A program made the translations under genes and the position numbers. Source: Ylistrum balloti (lineage: Eukaryota). Taken from it: a stretch of DNA of 64,000 nucleotides. Each line of letters starts with the position of its first letter. The stretch's first letter is position 1. The stretch lies in NCBI RefSeq assembly GCF_031769215.1, contig NW_026782198.1, positions 930,001 to 994,000 on the forward strand, read 5' to 3'. Of this stretch, positions 49,442 to 64,000 are shown in pieces. The notes below the pieces were generated by a model, which saw only the letters and a program-made list of their open reading frames with translations, searched no databases and had not been told where the DNA came from.

Positions 49442-52400
49442 AGAGATCACCTTGACGGCCGTAAAACTTCCCCATAGCGTATCTTTAAAGTATTATTGCT
49501 GCATTTCGGAAACAAAGAGTTGACTCGTATCATGTGTATAAAAAGTTTTAATAAGATTACTATTATTTGAAATCTAGAGGCTCTGGAGAAACATCTATTG
49601 TGATTTGTTCTTAATTGTAATTGTACAAAAGACATACCAAGGGAAAACATCTTTCAATACCAATTTTGAAATAATTACAGTAAAGACAATGAACTAAACT
49701 GCATCATACAGCTGTTTCATCCTTTTAAGCTTCGTCAGTGCTGATAAAGGCCTAAATTTTGTAATCTTAGAGGCGACCGACGAAAATGAAAAGTATCAAA
49801 ATCTTGCTTGGACGGTGCTCTATAACTCTATGAATTTTGTAATTTTCATATGTCTGATCATTTCAAAAGAGCAGCGATGACTTCAGCTGAATCATTAAAT
49901 GGTGCTAATTGTACACAGCATTTCATGATGTAAGGAAACATTGAACATTTACATACGTTTAAAGTATTTTCATGACCTTTTACTCTAGTGCAAACCTAAT
50001 CGCCATGTATTAATATCGATAAATACAAACGTCGAGGTTTTCAAGCTTCATCTTGGGACCACGCAACGCAACACAAGTGTAAATGTTGTTGAGATCCACA
50101 GTTTATCACATTTTGAGAAGTAACTGATGTAGAACGGAATGGTGTAAATGTATAATTAGATAATTCAATGCCAGTGTTATTCAGCGAAGTTCATGAGATT
50201 ACTTAAGTATTGGTTAGAATATAGTTCAATGTTTCATTTGCATGCAATGTGTCATCTAGTACTTTATTAAGTGGTCATTTTAGAAAAAATGTTCCGGAGA
50301 GAATTCAAATCAGAAATTTTTTTGATACGGAACTCCATTTGAAGAAAAAATTTAAGTCAGATTAAAAAAAAAAAAAAAATTCATACGGAATTTCATGTTC
50401 AGGAAAACTTCATGTAAGAAATTCTTTCGATACGGAGTTCTATACCCGGAGAAAATTCAGGCAAGAGATTCTGTTGATACTGGATTTGGTGAGACAATAG
50501 GATAGTTTTTTTTCTGTTATACGCTTCAAAAGAAAATCAAAATTAAACCACATAGCAAACCATAATTGGTCGACAATACACGGTGATGTGTAAAGTACAA
50601 GAAAAGAAGGGAAATTCCCAATGTTGTGAATTATAAACCCATTAGTCACTTAACACTAATTTTGAAACAATCTACATTTAAGCGATTTTACATTATCCCG
50701 TAAAGACTAGCCTAAAATTGCTCTAGCCATTTATTTGATTGCCTAATACTTTTTTCGCACAGGACCTTTTTTATTTGTCTTTAATAGCAGTAAGACCAAT
50801 GCCCTTATAAAATAAACATACCGTTCCTCGGCCTCCTACAAAACCATTTAACTTGATTGACTAAAATGCGGTTTAAATCTTTCATCGGTTGTAGTACAAA
50901 TTTGTTTTCAGAACGTGCAATGACAGACACCAGTGGTTATTTGCTCGTCGCGAGCTTTGTTCAGTAATGCTATTGAGGCGACCAGGGAAATCCCAAATCG
51001 GGAAAATATAGGAAAAACTAACGCACATAAAACCAATGGCCTTCTTTGACTCGGAGCATGACCATTAAACTAAAAGATCAGCGTTCTAATAATCTCGTTG
51101 AGTAAATAGTCACTTTAGTTTGTCCTTGATCAAATTAATAGAAGGGACCGGCCTATTATAATCGGGGGCATCTATCTGATTAAGGTGATCAAACTATCGT
51201 TAAACGTTTGGGACAAAGCACGAGAGGATCGCTTAGGCAGGAATCAATTATGGCAGAAGTGAAGCGATATGGCTTCCACTGTTCTCCGACAATATCCGGC
51301 CTCGCAATATTGCACTAATTCCTAGATGACAGATGGGAAAATATCCTGCTGTTAGAACCGATGAAGAAAAGTTATCTCATCTTCAAGATAGGCTGTCTCC
51401 TCGGGTACTACTTTAAATATTGATGAAGTATCGGAATTTAATATGGTTGGACGTCATCTAGATATTGTGGTAGTGGTATGTTTATTTAATTTACTTGGAC
51501 ACCGGAGATTTGCTGTGTTAATGCACATCGAAGGGCACGATGAGTGGAATAGCGGAAAATTGGCTTTCGGTTTTCTCGTGAAGGGCTAGTCATATCGAAA
51601 TACTGGCATCTTATCGACAATGTTTACTGTCTGAAGACCATAAACGGTTTGAAACCACAATAAAATAATGATTTATAATGTTCCATGAACGGCTTCGCCT
51701 ATTACATACTTAGAATATGGCTACGTATCATTTTTCGTTATGACGTAATGTACATCATTTTTTTCCTGAACAATATCAATTTTGCTGTCTTGTTTAGTCG
51801 TGGAGTGGCACAATGGTACCGATAATGGTCTGTGTCTCTTAAGTTCATACCCTTGCCTTAGTTCATATGATAAAAACCTCGACCTTGTGAATATTTCATA
51901 CCGAAGCATTGTAATGCAATATACATTGGCACGTCTCAGTCGTCAAAGTTGGACGATGGCTACTATCTGGAAATATTAATCATGATAAAGAAAACCACCA
52001 CAGATACTAGTAATGCATGATCTGAGATTTTATATGATATAAACATTCGATGCTGATTATTTGCCGCGTATTGAATACAATAAAGAAACATAAATAACTT
52101 TCTTGTATACAGTTTAGCACGAAATTGACATCATATGTTTATATCAACGGGTTTCAAGGTTTAGAGGAATCGATTGTACTATCATCTGAAAAAAGCTTGC
52201 TTTTGAGAATTTATTTTACTTCCTTTTCCTTTTTATTGATACTTAAAACATAAATATTACGAGAATGTCATTTAATGCAATTTAACATTTTCAGATATTC
52301 ACTTAAAAAAACATCGCGAGAATTTACTTTAAAAAGCGCAAAGCCGCGAATAAATTTTCTCACAAATATGTCTTGTTCTACAGTACGTAACTTCTTATGG

Positions 52401-55400
52401 CCACAACATTAATTTCATTCTTGATTTGTTAAATTTACGTTAATAAGTGCAGATAATCATGTTGATGAGTTTGGGAAAATGTATCTTCGAAAGAACACAT
52501 CCTACAAAAATTTTCATAACAAGATAAAATAACCTTTCTTTAATCATCTTATGTCATCGGTTATGGAATATACTTCAATATTTTCGCAAAAATAAGAACA
52601 TAAAAAACCTTTACCCCACTCGGGACAAGAATCATATGGCGGATTTTGTTTTTATTCAAGTAAGCTTTTTCATTTCACTGTTGATCGATCTTACAGTTGC
52701 GGTTCTTGAAAAATGTATGAAATACTTCAAATTTTGAAATGTGTAAAATTGGGTGATATAGCAAAATATACGGACACTTGCAATGAGTTGAGATATATAT
52801 ATAATAAAAACTATATATATTTGCTTTCAACCTCAATCTGAACATGTGATTAAAAACGTTGTTGAGGCTTTGATTTCACCCAATGTAGAGAAACTTTGAC
52901 AACGTCGATTCTGTTTATAATCTATTAGCATGAGTAACGACAATGTAGGATCCGTCATTCACATTCTATGGACTGCGAAAGATGATGCGCGAAGATAGCT
53001 CGCTGCTCCAGGGAGTCATGATTTAGAAAAAGAAAGGTAGTAATTGATTTAAAATATCAATTTAGCTAATATGAGATTAAAACCATTACAGTCCTTCAAA
53101 ATAATAACGTTATGTTAAAACTTCATTTCTACAGGAGCACAATAGAACAGCCACGTGACTTGCAATAGAAAATAGAAAAATGTCTATCTGGGCATGTAAA
53201 GGAAAAAGTGTGCCATTGAAAATCTGCAATTAGAGTTTATTGATCGTCAGATAATATTTTCCAAAAGAAATTAAGACTATATCATATGTTAGAATACCTT
53301 TAGGGGAAAGCGGAAATAATCATGTGTTGTAATTAGATTAAATGTGCTACTTACACTTTCCGTGGAGAGTTTGTCGTAACGGCTCCTCAGGGAACGCTTA
53401 ATTGTAAAAGCACTCTTATTCAATCATTTCCAAACGGAATGACCTAGGATAGAAAAGACAATCTGCAATATTGTTCCGTATTCTATTCATATATCATCAT
53501 CATTAAAAAAAGTTACAGTTAAACTTAGCTTTCATGATCGTTCAGGAGTTCAAACTTTAACATAAACTCTAATTATGAGAATTTATAAAGATTATTGATG
53601 AAGCCAAAGAACGTTCGTATTGATCACGTCACTGTACTGATATACCGTGTAATATGGTCTTGTCACGAAACCATATGACATACGTGAAATAGTTTTATTT
53701 TGTTCATATTGACGTCATATATAATCGTAATGAGTGACAACCATGGTAGACATGTTGATTTTCACTATAATATGAATACTCTGAAAGAATAACCAATGGT
53801 TATATAATAAAACTGCTTGACGATGTAGTTCAATTTTTCATTTGTCTCTACTGCTACGGTATCTTATTGTTGATTGTACTAGAGAAGGTAATATTTTTTG
53901 TATGTTTCGTTAGATAATCGAGGTAGATGTCGACAACTTATAAACTCACAATACACGGTTTCTAGAGCAACCGATTCATGAAGATCATGGGGATTGAGTT
54001 AGATTTACAGACTGAGGCCTTCATGAAGCAAGAGGCGCTTCACCTGCGCTAACACGTGGTTTTATTTGCCTTGTACTGTTTCAGAGGTCCCCTTGTTAAT
54101 TTTCCTTCGTTCATTTTCCACATTTCCATCGAACTTCTGTTTGAATTATTCAGATTATGTTAACAAGTCGGTATTTGTTGTTTTTTATTTGCCATCTGTT
54201 TGATCTCATTTGCCAACGACACTGACGTCATTAGAATGTGCTGAAATAAAAAAAAGAAGCTGAATTTAAACAATTACTATAAAACAGTAGGATTTTGTTC
54301 TGACTGCATATTTCAATCTTATGATCCACTGGTGTACGTTGTTATATCACAGATAAGATCCACGTCTACGTTTCTTCCCAAATCACATCATATCGGCGAT
54401 GATATAATTTCCCAAAGTGATAATTATCATAAAACATTCCGAGTTTTCTTCTGGAGAACATTAGCTGATGAATATGTTCACCCTCCCAAAAGTTTGAAAC
54501 TTAGTATGGTATTTATAGGTTTGCTCAATTTGTGTTTTAAATGAGTGAGTTTATCGGACATTACTTCCTTCTTTTCTTACATACAGTGATATAACAACAA
54601 AACCCTGCTCACAAGAACAGACTCTATACTACAAAAAGGTGAAAAATGTTAAACAATTAACAACATTAACTTTTTATAGAGCTACTGAAAACGCATGACA
54701 AACCTGACATTTAACCAAATTGTATCTCAATCTTTTTATCAAAGGATAATCTTTTCATGAAACCAGCTACATTGCAATCCCAGATAGGTCATGACCACTG
54801 TTTGGAATTCGCAAATAATGCTTAATAGATTGTGTGGCTGTGAAACATTTTCAATATCTTAGAGAAAACTATATAAGTATTAAAAACCTTCTATACAGAT
54901 TTACAGAATTTACGTTTTAGTGTCAAAACAAAATTCCTTTTTGATATGTACATAATGTAAGATTCCGTCAATATTTTGCGAAATGGTGTCTGAGTTTTAA
55001 GTGCATGATTCTTGCAAGATTTGTTACTTTTGTTCAATGACACGCATATTTAGTCTTTAGAATCAACAGAAACGCTTGTCTGATACAGAACTTAACACCA
55101 AATCATTTTCAATCTTCAGAAATGTTTATCGCAGATGTTTTGAAACTCAGAATAAGACACCACTGTGTACAATCAAGAAACATACAAAGTCGGCAAACCT
55201 AACGACTTAACGCTAAAGTAAAATTGAAAAGCAGTATCTTCTAAAAAAAAACCAGCTGTTACATCAGACTCCTAAGGGAAACTGAGACCTTTTGAAAAAC
55301 AACAAAATCAAATCAAAGTAGAAATAATGTTTTAGGTGGGTTGATTAGGATGTTGCGTTTTCACAAGTGCTTATAACACATGGCAGCATTTCCCACTTAC

Positions 55401-58179
55401 GTTGCAATAATAGAATATTTCACCAGTCACCTTGATCACTTGTGACATTGCTACAAGAGATATACTTATTTCAGAAGAATCGGCTTATTTCATATCACAG
55501 ACTAGGAAGTCGTAGGCATTAATATAAGAAACTTGTTGGATAAAAATACTTTGTGATAAGAGCATGGAATACAAGAATCATAGAATAACACGACTTTCCT
55601 ATATAGTAGATAAAATATGCTCTGAAGTTTAGGTCAACATGAATATATACAACAACACAATCAAATGAGATTTGAAAGCTAGTTTTCTTGTTGATTTTTC
55701 TTGCGCCATTTGCCAGACGACAATCTGTACACGAAAAAATTAAAACATTACACCGAAAAACGAATTTATTAAGAAACCAGGATATTGTCTTCGCATAAAT
55801 GCTGGCAAGTGACCCAAATTATATTGTATAAAATGTTTGCTGTCCCAGTTATGTGTATATGAAGCGGAAGGTACTTGTTTTTCTTAGATTTCTGTTAATT
55901 GGTTTCTTTGATAATTTGTTTTTCTCACATCCTTCTATGCGTTTAGCACCCGCGAAAGCAAAACATTATATTCTTTATATTCTTTATTCTCTGACTAAGA
56001 TAACTAAAAGACGATAGTTCTTACGACTGACTCATGAAAAAGTGAGCAGTAGAGGGTTAACATGTTGTCATTATACATAAACAGGTCAAATGTCACGTAA
56101 CTATGTCCTGGTAATTTGTCGTTGCAATTGTACTTAAAAGAATGCATTCCGTATGAATTGTTGCAGTGATGTTCGTTATCAAAGCATCAACCGAATTTTA
56201 ATACGTCGGAAAAGGGCTTCACCATTTCTTACTGACAGTATCATTAGCTACAGTGTGGGCTGTAACGCTTTTACTTAAACCTCCAATCGGGCTAGCACAT
56301 AATGCTTAGCTGTTCCCTCAGTTCCGACTGACGAAAAAAAGTCAAGAGGATTTAATTCAGACTATTGTTTTAGTGAAACATTCGACATTCGCGGCATCAT
56401 GGCAAGTCTCCGAGTGGAAAACTACCAATATTTACCTTGCTTTGAATGGGATTATTCGAAGAGAGAGATAATAGCATTGTATGTTTTTTTAACAAACAAT
56501 TACTTCGAAAACTTTCGAAAATTCAAAAAATGAAAGAACCCATCAATGAAGACAACCAGTTTGCAGTTAAAACCATTTCGTATTTTTATCATTGTTGTTT
56601 GTTCTTTGAATAAATTTGTTAAATTCAGAAACTCGCATTGTACTGAAATTTCAAAAGAAAGTGAAAGTTAACGAAATGAACACAATTCAGTCATTCGTTT
56701 AATAAGATTTGAATCATGAATGCGTGACTGTGTCGAGGAAATTTCATAGAACTTTAATCAAACCATTCTAATTATAATGATTAAGGATACACTTAATTTG
56801 AATATTATGATATTGGTGGATAAGCATATTGTTGTTCATATAATGTGGTCAATAGCGACGTTACATTTGAACTTCATTTAACGCTTGGAATTCGTATAGT
56901 CGTCATCAGTATATATAACAATGAAGTCAGTACTATTTTATTTGGAGCTCAAATAAGACGGCGTTTGAAGTACATTGTTTTTAGGGTCACTCGACCTGTA
57001 ATGTCTATATGTAAGAAGTAAATAAATGAAGATGAGGTTATGACAATTTATTTTGCCAATCCTAAACGTCCAACAGTAAACCGACAATCCGAATTGAGTG
57101 ATCCCTAATCAAGGGCAAGCTGACATATATCCGGAATGTTTTATCGTATGTAATTCTCAACACCACCAATTTCTTCTCCAAACGGCAGAGATTTTATAAA
57201 GGTTGATATAACATGTGTTGTGAGGAAACAGTAAGCCTTCCTTGCAACTTTATTTCTGGTCCAATTTTACATCATATTATCTATTGGTATATTCAAACGT
57301 AATCATTAAGTAGAAGGGGTCTTACCATAATCTTTCATGATGCGAGTTTCGATGGTCAGTTATCAAAATTGTTTGTCTTCAATGAAGATAGTTAACTTGT
57401 CATTAACCAAAAGTTGCCTTAAAGTTGATAAAATATGTGCTGTTTTCTTTGTTATACTTTAATTTCATTCTGTTTTGATATTGTCACCAGTGCTCTTAAA
57501 AAGTATATCATATTTGTAATTTATGCAGTCGTCAAATTTGAAAAAAAAAAAAATCCCGTAATAAACCATAATCTTCCCTGGCTTTGAAAATAATAACTTC
57601 AGCGCCCTCTGTAGTTGTTTTTGATCTATTCGATAAGACTTTTTCAATAATTTTCCCCTAATTTTCTCATATATTTTCTATATCACATAATCAAGCCGCC
57701 GAAACATGCGTGTTAAGGATTCGTGTGCCACTCTCCTTAAAGAAATCTTTGCATCTTAGGCGTCAGCGTGTGTCGGCTCCCGTACATAGGAACGTACAGG
57801 GACCCAACACAGTCTACCGATAAGGATGCCCTCCGGCCCGCCACGAGTCAGCAGCCAGATCGATGACGTATAGGCCAAGGGCTGTGTGATATTTATTTCA
57901 CTTTTAATAATTGTTTATTTAACTTGGAGATACTGCCTATTCAATTGTCTGCTCGAACAGATCAGATGGAGTTATAACCTAAAACTGTACCAGCGTATTA
58001 TAAGGCAATAAAATTGATATGTCATCTCGATCAATAGCCTCACGACCGCCGGATTGATAGAGACTAGAGAGTAACACTACTGCAAAAGGCAGGGCCACTC
58101 TATCTGTGAGATCTCATGGTAATTTAAAGGGTTTTAATAGTCAGTGGGAATGCCAAATTTACAAGTGCTTAGCCTAATG

Positions 58180-58519
58180 TGATTGACTGGACGGGGCTAT
58201 ATCGATCATTAAACGGGCAAGGCAAACAGATGTCCTATTTGTCGACTTCTATTGAACTTAATCTTGTCAGGGCGTGGCCGAAGCCCGGAGTGGGCCTGAG
58301 ATAACACTCCACTATAACACAACTGTTTGTCATTTTCTTTCATTATTTGGTAAATTAAAGCATTTAACTGTCTGACTCGGCCATATCATCATCATCATCA
58401 TTCCCCCTTCTCCTCCCAATCCGCTGTATTAATTGACCCGACGAGAGGAAACGCTTCATTCTGTAAAAGGAGGCTATAAACAGAGCCCGGATATTTGGCG
58501 CATTAGAGCAGAAGTCAAA
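58180..58519 (+). promoter_or_regulatory. Putative Tlx proximal promoter
   Basis: CpG/GC-rich patches, gggcgtggc GC box near 58270, TATAAA at 58475-58480. Confidence 0.35.
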
Positions 58520-59015
58520 ATGGCAGAAGAAAAATTCGATATAGACATTGCAACACACAATGAAGTATACGCGCGGGTCGGTGTTGAGAAATTAAATATT
58601 GAAAGAAGTAACCGATTACCATTTCAAGGTATGCCACAGGAAAATAGTTTACCAACGCCCTCTAGTGGAGATGAAGAGGATGTGGATAAATACGAAAATA
58701 ACTCTCCAAAATGCAGGTATGATTCTTCACACCTTTCCTTTGGGATTGATAGCATCTTGAAACAATCAGGGAAAAAAAGACACGGAAAAGTCGGTGAGGA
58801 AAATGAACAAAACTATGATGAAAATGACAGACATAATATTAAAAACACGAATAAAATGGATGAAGCAGCATATTCTCGTTTGGGAGGAATGGACTTAACT
58901 TTAAAATCTGACCAACTGGAGGATCACAAGGTTCAAACTCCAGAGACCTTTTACACGATAGCGAACCATTTGACAATGTGGTCACTTCGAGATATCAACA
59001 AAGACAGATTTGGTG
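58520..59015 (+). CDS. Tlx: First coding exon of a probable Tlx/Hox11-family homeobox gene; homeobox exon not found in the window
   Basis: eh1 motif HLSFGIDSIL (58739-58759) resembles Tlx ISFGIDQIL; exon ends W-x6-KDRFG at a phase-1 donor G|gtatgt, as Tlx exon 1 ends near KDRF. Start context aaaATGG. Confidence 0.75.
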
Positions 59016-62000
59016 GTATGTATTAACACGAAATTTGTTGCTTTTACAAATGTGATATTAAATCTATATGACAACGTTGTAGCATAAATTTCATTTAACG
59101 AAAACAGAAATATCTATAAAATACGACATTGTCTAATATTAGTTAATGGTTAAATATAAAGCTGATTTGCTGTTGTTTTCGTTATTGTTGTTTTGTTTTC
59201 TCTCTCATTGTACATATGTAATATAAATATTTTCCTACAGCATAATGCTGCTGATATGTGTTGCTTTCTGATACTTTTAGAATGATCAGTGGATTGTAAT
59301 CTTGTATTTATCACCTAGACAACATTTTACAAAACCGCAACGTCGTATTCAATTTTTCACTTATGTAAACACATTTTTTTTTAAAACATTCTGTGTCTTT
59401 TTTATTACTTCTGAATGATAATAGCACATGTATTGTAACTCTTTTGACCTCAGTCTGAAGTATTTAGCTTGTCAATGACAATTCATCTTCGTACGTTTGG
59501 TGATTACATTCCAATTATTCTTATTTGGAGTAACACTATGCCTCTGACTTCTTGTAATTATGATTTTTATCTAGTTTACTCTGTGTATTCCAGACTTAAT
59601 AAAACTTATAGTCACGAAAAGGTGATTGCATCTAATTATAAATGTATAGCATTATGAATTTAATTGAGATAACCTTTACTGTAAAACCATGTAGTGTATT
59701 ATATGCATAAAATTCCGTGGCCACATAAAAGATAATTCCCCAACACGAATCATGTTTTAAACGCTTATATTTATTTTGTTATTTTGATATCAAAGTTCAG
59801 TCAATATTCATTTGTGAAAAATCAGGATGACAGTATCGAATGTCTAAGTTTTCATGTTTATCTATTCTTAGGAATGCAAAATAAATGATTTTATTGATTA
59901 ACTTATAATTGATGGCAATGGAAATACACATTCGTACATCTCTATATCTACGCAAAAATGACGTCATAACATGCTATAACAAAGTGTCAGTTTCCAATTG
60001 TTTTAGAATGTGATAATTCGATAATGCCTTAAGTGTTTTAGTGCATTTATTCCCAAAACAGAAAGTTAAATTTCGTGTCATTCCTTCGTTGAATCATGTA
60101 GTTAATAAAATACATGGCATGTGTACTGTAATAAATATCTGCAGTGAACAAACCCGTTCAATGCTTGACGGATAGTGCGTGGTGAAAGGTTGTAACTTTT
60201 GTATAAGAACGATAAAATTAAATATTGTTTTATGTGAGATCAACATAGACGTTAAATAGTGCTATTCATGATTTCTTATCATTTTCCCATGGAGATTCAT
60301 ATAAAAAATAATCAACTGATTTTTTTGTCATTTATTACTTGTGAGAAGTGATTTGTTTTAGTTATTCTTTTTAAACTTTAGAATTAAATATATATGAATA
60401 TATGTATCAGCATTGCGACACTATCGCGCGGAACAAGTAACTTCTTAGAATATGTTATATCAAATTAAAAGAACTATTACAATGCAACAACGTGGAATAT
60501 CAATGTTTAACTAGTGAGTATAATGACATATTTTTCAATGTAAAAAAGAAAACGAAATGATCATTTAGATATGAATATGAATAAGACCGAAAATAGTTGT
60601 ATATTTATAAATGTCTGGGCAATTACACAATGTTATAACATCAGCATATGCATGTTTGGTGAGTCAAGTTTGCTGTAGCAAGAACTATGATGTCACAAGC
60701 TGTGACGTCACAAGTAACAATCAGATGGCGAAAAGGAGAAATTGATTTTTTCTGCATTTAACTTATTTAATCAATCAATCTAATCAATAAATATTTAATT
60801 GATTTTAAAAGTGTTCTAACAAAATAAATTAACCAATCCTTATTCATTTTCCTTTGATATAATTCTTCAAATTATAGAAAGATCATTTCGATATGCTCTT
60901 GATACGAGAAATCAAATTTGCTGGCAACAAATCAATATTAAGTCAAGGCATCATTACTCGCGTATTTCATAAGCGTTCCTTAACCTTTGTGTTGGCGCAT
61001 TATTTGGAATGTAATCCGTATAGTGCCTAGATTTACTAGTATAATTTATCAGTTTGGATCTAATACAAGTCCAATACATAACTTCACTAATACTAAATCA
61101 ATGTACGTTAATGTTTTGTGGTAAACGATAAAAACAGTATCTTTATTAATCATTGACGATGATAAGCATCGTGATTCATTTCAAGCTCAGCCTATATTAT
61201 ACAATACATTTTCGAATTAATGGAATATTTAAATATTAAGTTAATTTAAAAAAAAAACATTTATCTGTTTTAACTTTAACACATGTAAGTGTTTTAATGA
61301 TTAATTACAATATAATTACCAATCATAAGCATTACTATCAGTTTCAAGGAATAAAGATGAGAAATAAGATAAACAGCTATTTTCATCAAATTATCTAAAC
61401 ACAATACCAAAACATTTCATGAAATGTACTGGCAATCTCATCGATCATACAGTCACAGCTGTACAAAAGAATCAAATCTGATCTCTTAATGTATAAGGAT
61501 AAGTTTCATAATTTAACTTGAAACACCATATATAATTTCCCTCTGTTATTTGGTTGGAGTATAACAACTATTACTTTTCATCAATAATAATAAATAGTTA
61601 TTTTTCACAAAAAGAAGACGACATCTTAGCATACATATGAGTACACAAACGAGATAACTTGTTAGATGTTTTCACTACTTTACTTCTTAGTTTCCTGAAA
61701 TTTAAAATACCAATTGAAATGTATGTGTATCAAGAATATCAAGAGTCTTACTGTGGCAAAAATAAAATCATTTTAGTTAAACAGTGTATCAAAGATGACA
61801 TGTTCCCCATGCGCACATGTAAATCAAAATATTGTATAAAAAGTTAACGAAGTATTAGCTTGCCTTAGCATAAGCAGAAAGACATGCTCCACGTCCATTT
61901 TGCATAAATGTTAATCTCTCAGATGATGTCAAAATGGTTTGATCACATAAGCCGTAATTTGCTCTTCGTGAATGTGGCAATTTATTGACTGGAGTATTAA

Positions 62001-64000
62001 TTACGGTCATTTCGGATGTTGAACAGGACCTCATTCCGATATATCGCAGACGAATCAATAAATCTAAATATGTTTATTTAATCCTTAAGTTGTTTACTTT
62101 TATATCGTTTTACTTACTGAACTACACAAGTAACAATTTTATATTGTTTTCTAAAACGTCTGTGTTTGTGATAGGAATAAAACGAGTTTCATAATGCTAA
62201 TCTTTAAAAAAGTTTCTCTGTGTTCGTAAGTTATGGTATAAGTACCATAAATTTGCATCAAATTCTATCGTACTTATTCGTACATGATCAACTAGTGCGT
62301 TTTTTCTGATTATTTCTAGGTGCCTCTCTTTTGATACATACATTTTATTGATTTTAGATTAAACTCTTTCTGACCTAAAAGACTAAGGTGTACAAGTCCG
62401 ATAAATATATCCGTTGATATTTTAATTCGCTAGGCTACGGTAAACTCAAATATTCTTGGTTATTCCAGAAAGGTCTTGATCATGGAAACTTGATTTCGTG
62501 GATAACTATAGCTCAATAAAACCCGTGTGTATAGTTTGTTAACATGCGATTTCGTAACAGTAAATACGAATTCGATCAAAATAAATCTCCCACGAAAATT
62601 AATGATTTTACAGAAATTAATATGTTTGCAGTCGTATTGCTTTTTCCTCTCAAATGTAACGCTACACCTTGAATACCATAGCTAAAGTAGAAGACGCTTA
62701 CTCTCTAGGAGCCTTGGGTCTTATTTCCCTTTTACCTAGTCCAAGCGTTACGATGGAAATATTTGTTGCCCCTTTTTGCTGATTTTAAATGTAGTTAGGA
62801 CCGTTTAACATCGATATTGTTTTTATTTACGTCTAATTAGCTTCAATAGCAAAAACGTTTTTAACATAAATATGTGCATTAATAACTTGCATTTATGTGT
62901 TGCGTACTTGCAATTTAGATAACATTATTCTTTTAAATATGCTAAACACACTTATTTTATCACACGACATTCACGCTATGTAATTTTCCATTTTTTATAT
63001 ATTGTTGGCTGATATGACTCTTACATTCTGTTTGACAGTACAGATATATTTGTTTTTAAACGATCCCGAATGCTTGAAATATGTTTTTTTAACATTAATG
63101 GTAAATTTTCTGATGATTATTAAAGATCTTTTAAAACAATTTTGAACAGTAATGTACATTCCATCCACGTTTAACGGCTTTATACAAATAGTCTTGAGGT
63201 AGATGCATTCGCGATCGATCAATACATAATTCGTCTACAGTACCAAAGTGTACGCAAATATATTTAAATAGCAACAACTAAATATAGCCCGTTCTTATGA
63301 TTATCGAAAGACATCGCTTAAATCATTCGACATTTCACGAATTTATTGAATTATAGAAGTAGTGAACCTTCCCATCTACACCTTAACGCCTGTGTTTTTC
63401 TGCCTGATTCTAATGATCTTAATTCATCTTCTAGAATTCCACGATTTAGACACCTAGTATCCCAGAGGAGTCCTGGAAGAACAAAATAAATCCGTCTTGA
63501 ATTTTTCTAATGCTAAATTTGTACTGCAAGGTGCTATTCACCTTTGTGTCTGTCATATAATTATTTGTAAACATTTTCTGAATATGGAGCTATTTCCTTC
63601 AAGGTTAAATCTAAACACAAATTTACAGTTTTTAGATTTTGTAAAATGTTTTTTGTAATTGAAATTAAACTGTCTGCGTTGGGAACAGGAAAGTAAAGAA
63701 GAGGAAAAAAATTGTCGCGAAAACGAATTAATTTTCTTTAGTGGGAACTTGCGAAGAGGATGTTGCTGGTATAATGATATAATAAAGCAAATTATGTTTA
63801 GTCTTTGGTAAAACGTTCCATCAATTAAATTGTAAGTATAGTTGCATAGTGCTCTTTTAGGCGATAGGGAAAAGTTAGGAAACCGAATTGGTCAATTTTA
63901 GTGATATTAAGGTACTGCTTTCCTGGTATTGAAGGATGAAATAGATGAAAATTATATTAAGCATAGATCGTAGCTCATTGCTTGTCTTAGATAATGAACT

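Noticed and set aside
59016-64000. Tlx homeobox exon
   Set aside because: No GHPY or WFQNRR-encoding sequence found by eye; presumed beyond the window.

Overview
AT-rich eukaryotic DNA with spliceosomal introns; no prokaryotic genes, rRNA, true tRNA or CRISPR seen. Gene content and repeat style suggest a mollusc, probably a bivalve (inference). Four genes are supported. (1) TTF2/lodestar SNF2-family ATPase, minus strand, 24 coding exons reconstructed by hand (2307-23503, about 1212 aa). (2) ERI1 SAP+DEDDh exoribonuclease, plus strand, head-to-head with TTF2 (5 coding exons, about 394 aa, one GC-AG intron). (3) An intronless Mab-21/cGAS-like receptor (cGLR) with intact catalytic motifs (36948-38981). 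(4) Coding exon 1 of a probable Tlx homeobox gene (58520-59015; homeobox outside the window). The rest is SINEs, HINE-like elements, MITEs, retroelement relics and a roughly 19 kb gene-poor region. Most unusual: two unrelated minisatellites in TTF2 are each tandem copies of an exon-intron junction, giving arrays of decoy 5' splice sites; and a putative spliced 101-codon upstream ORF is in frame with the cGLR, separated by one TAG. All alignments and translations were done by eye.
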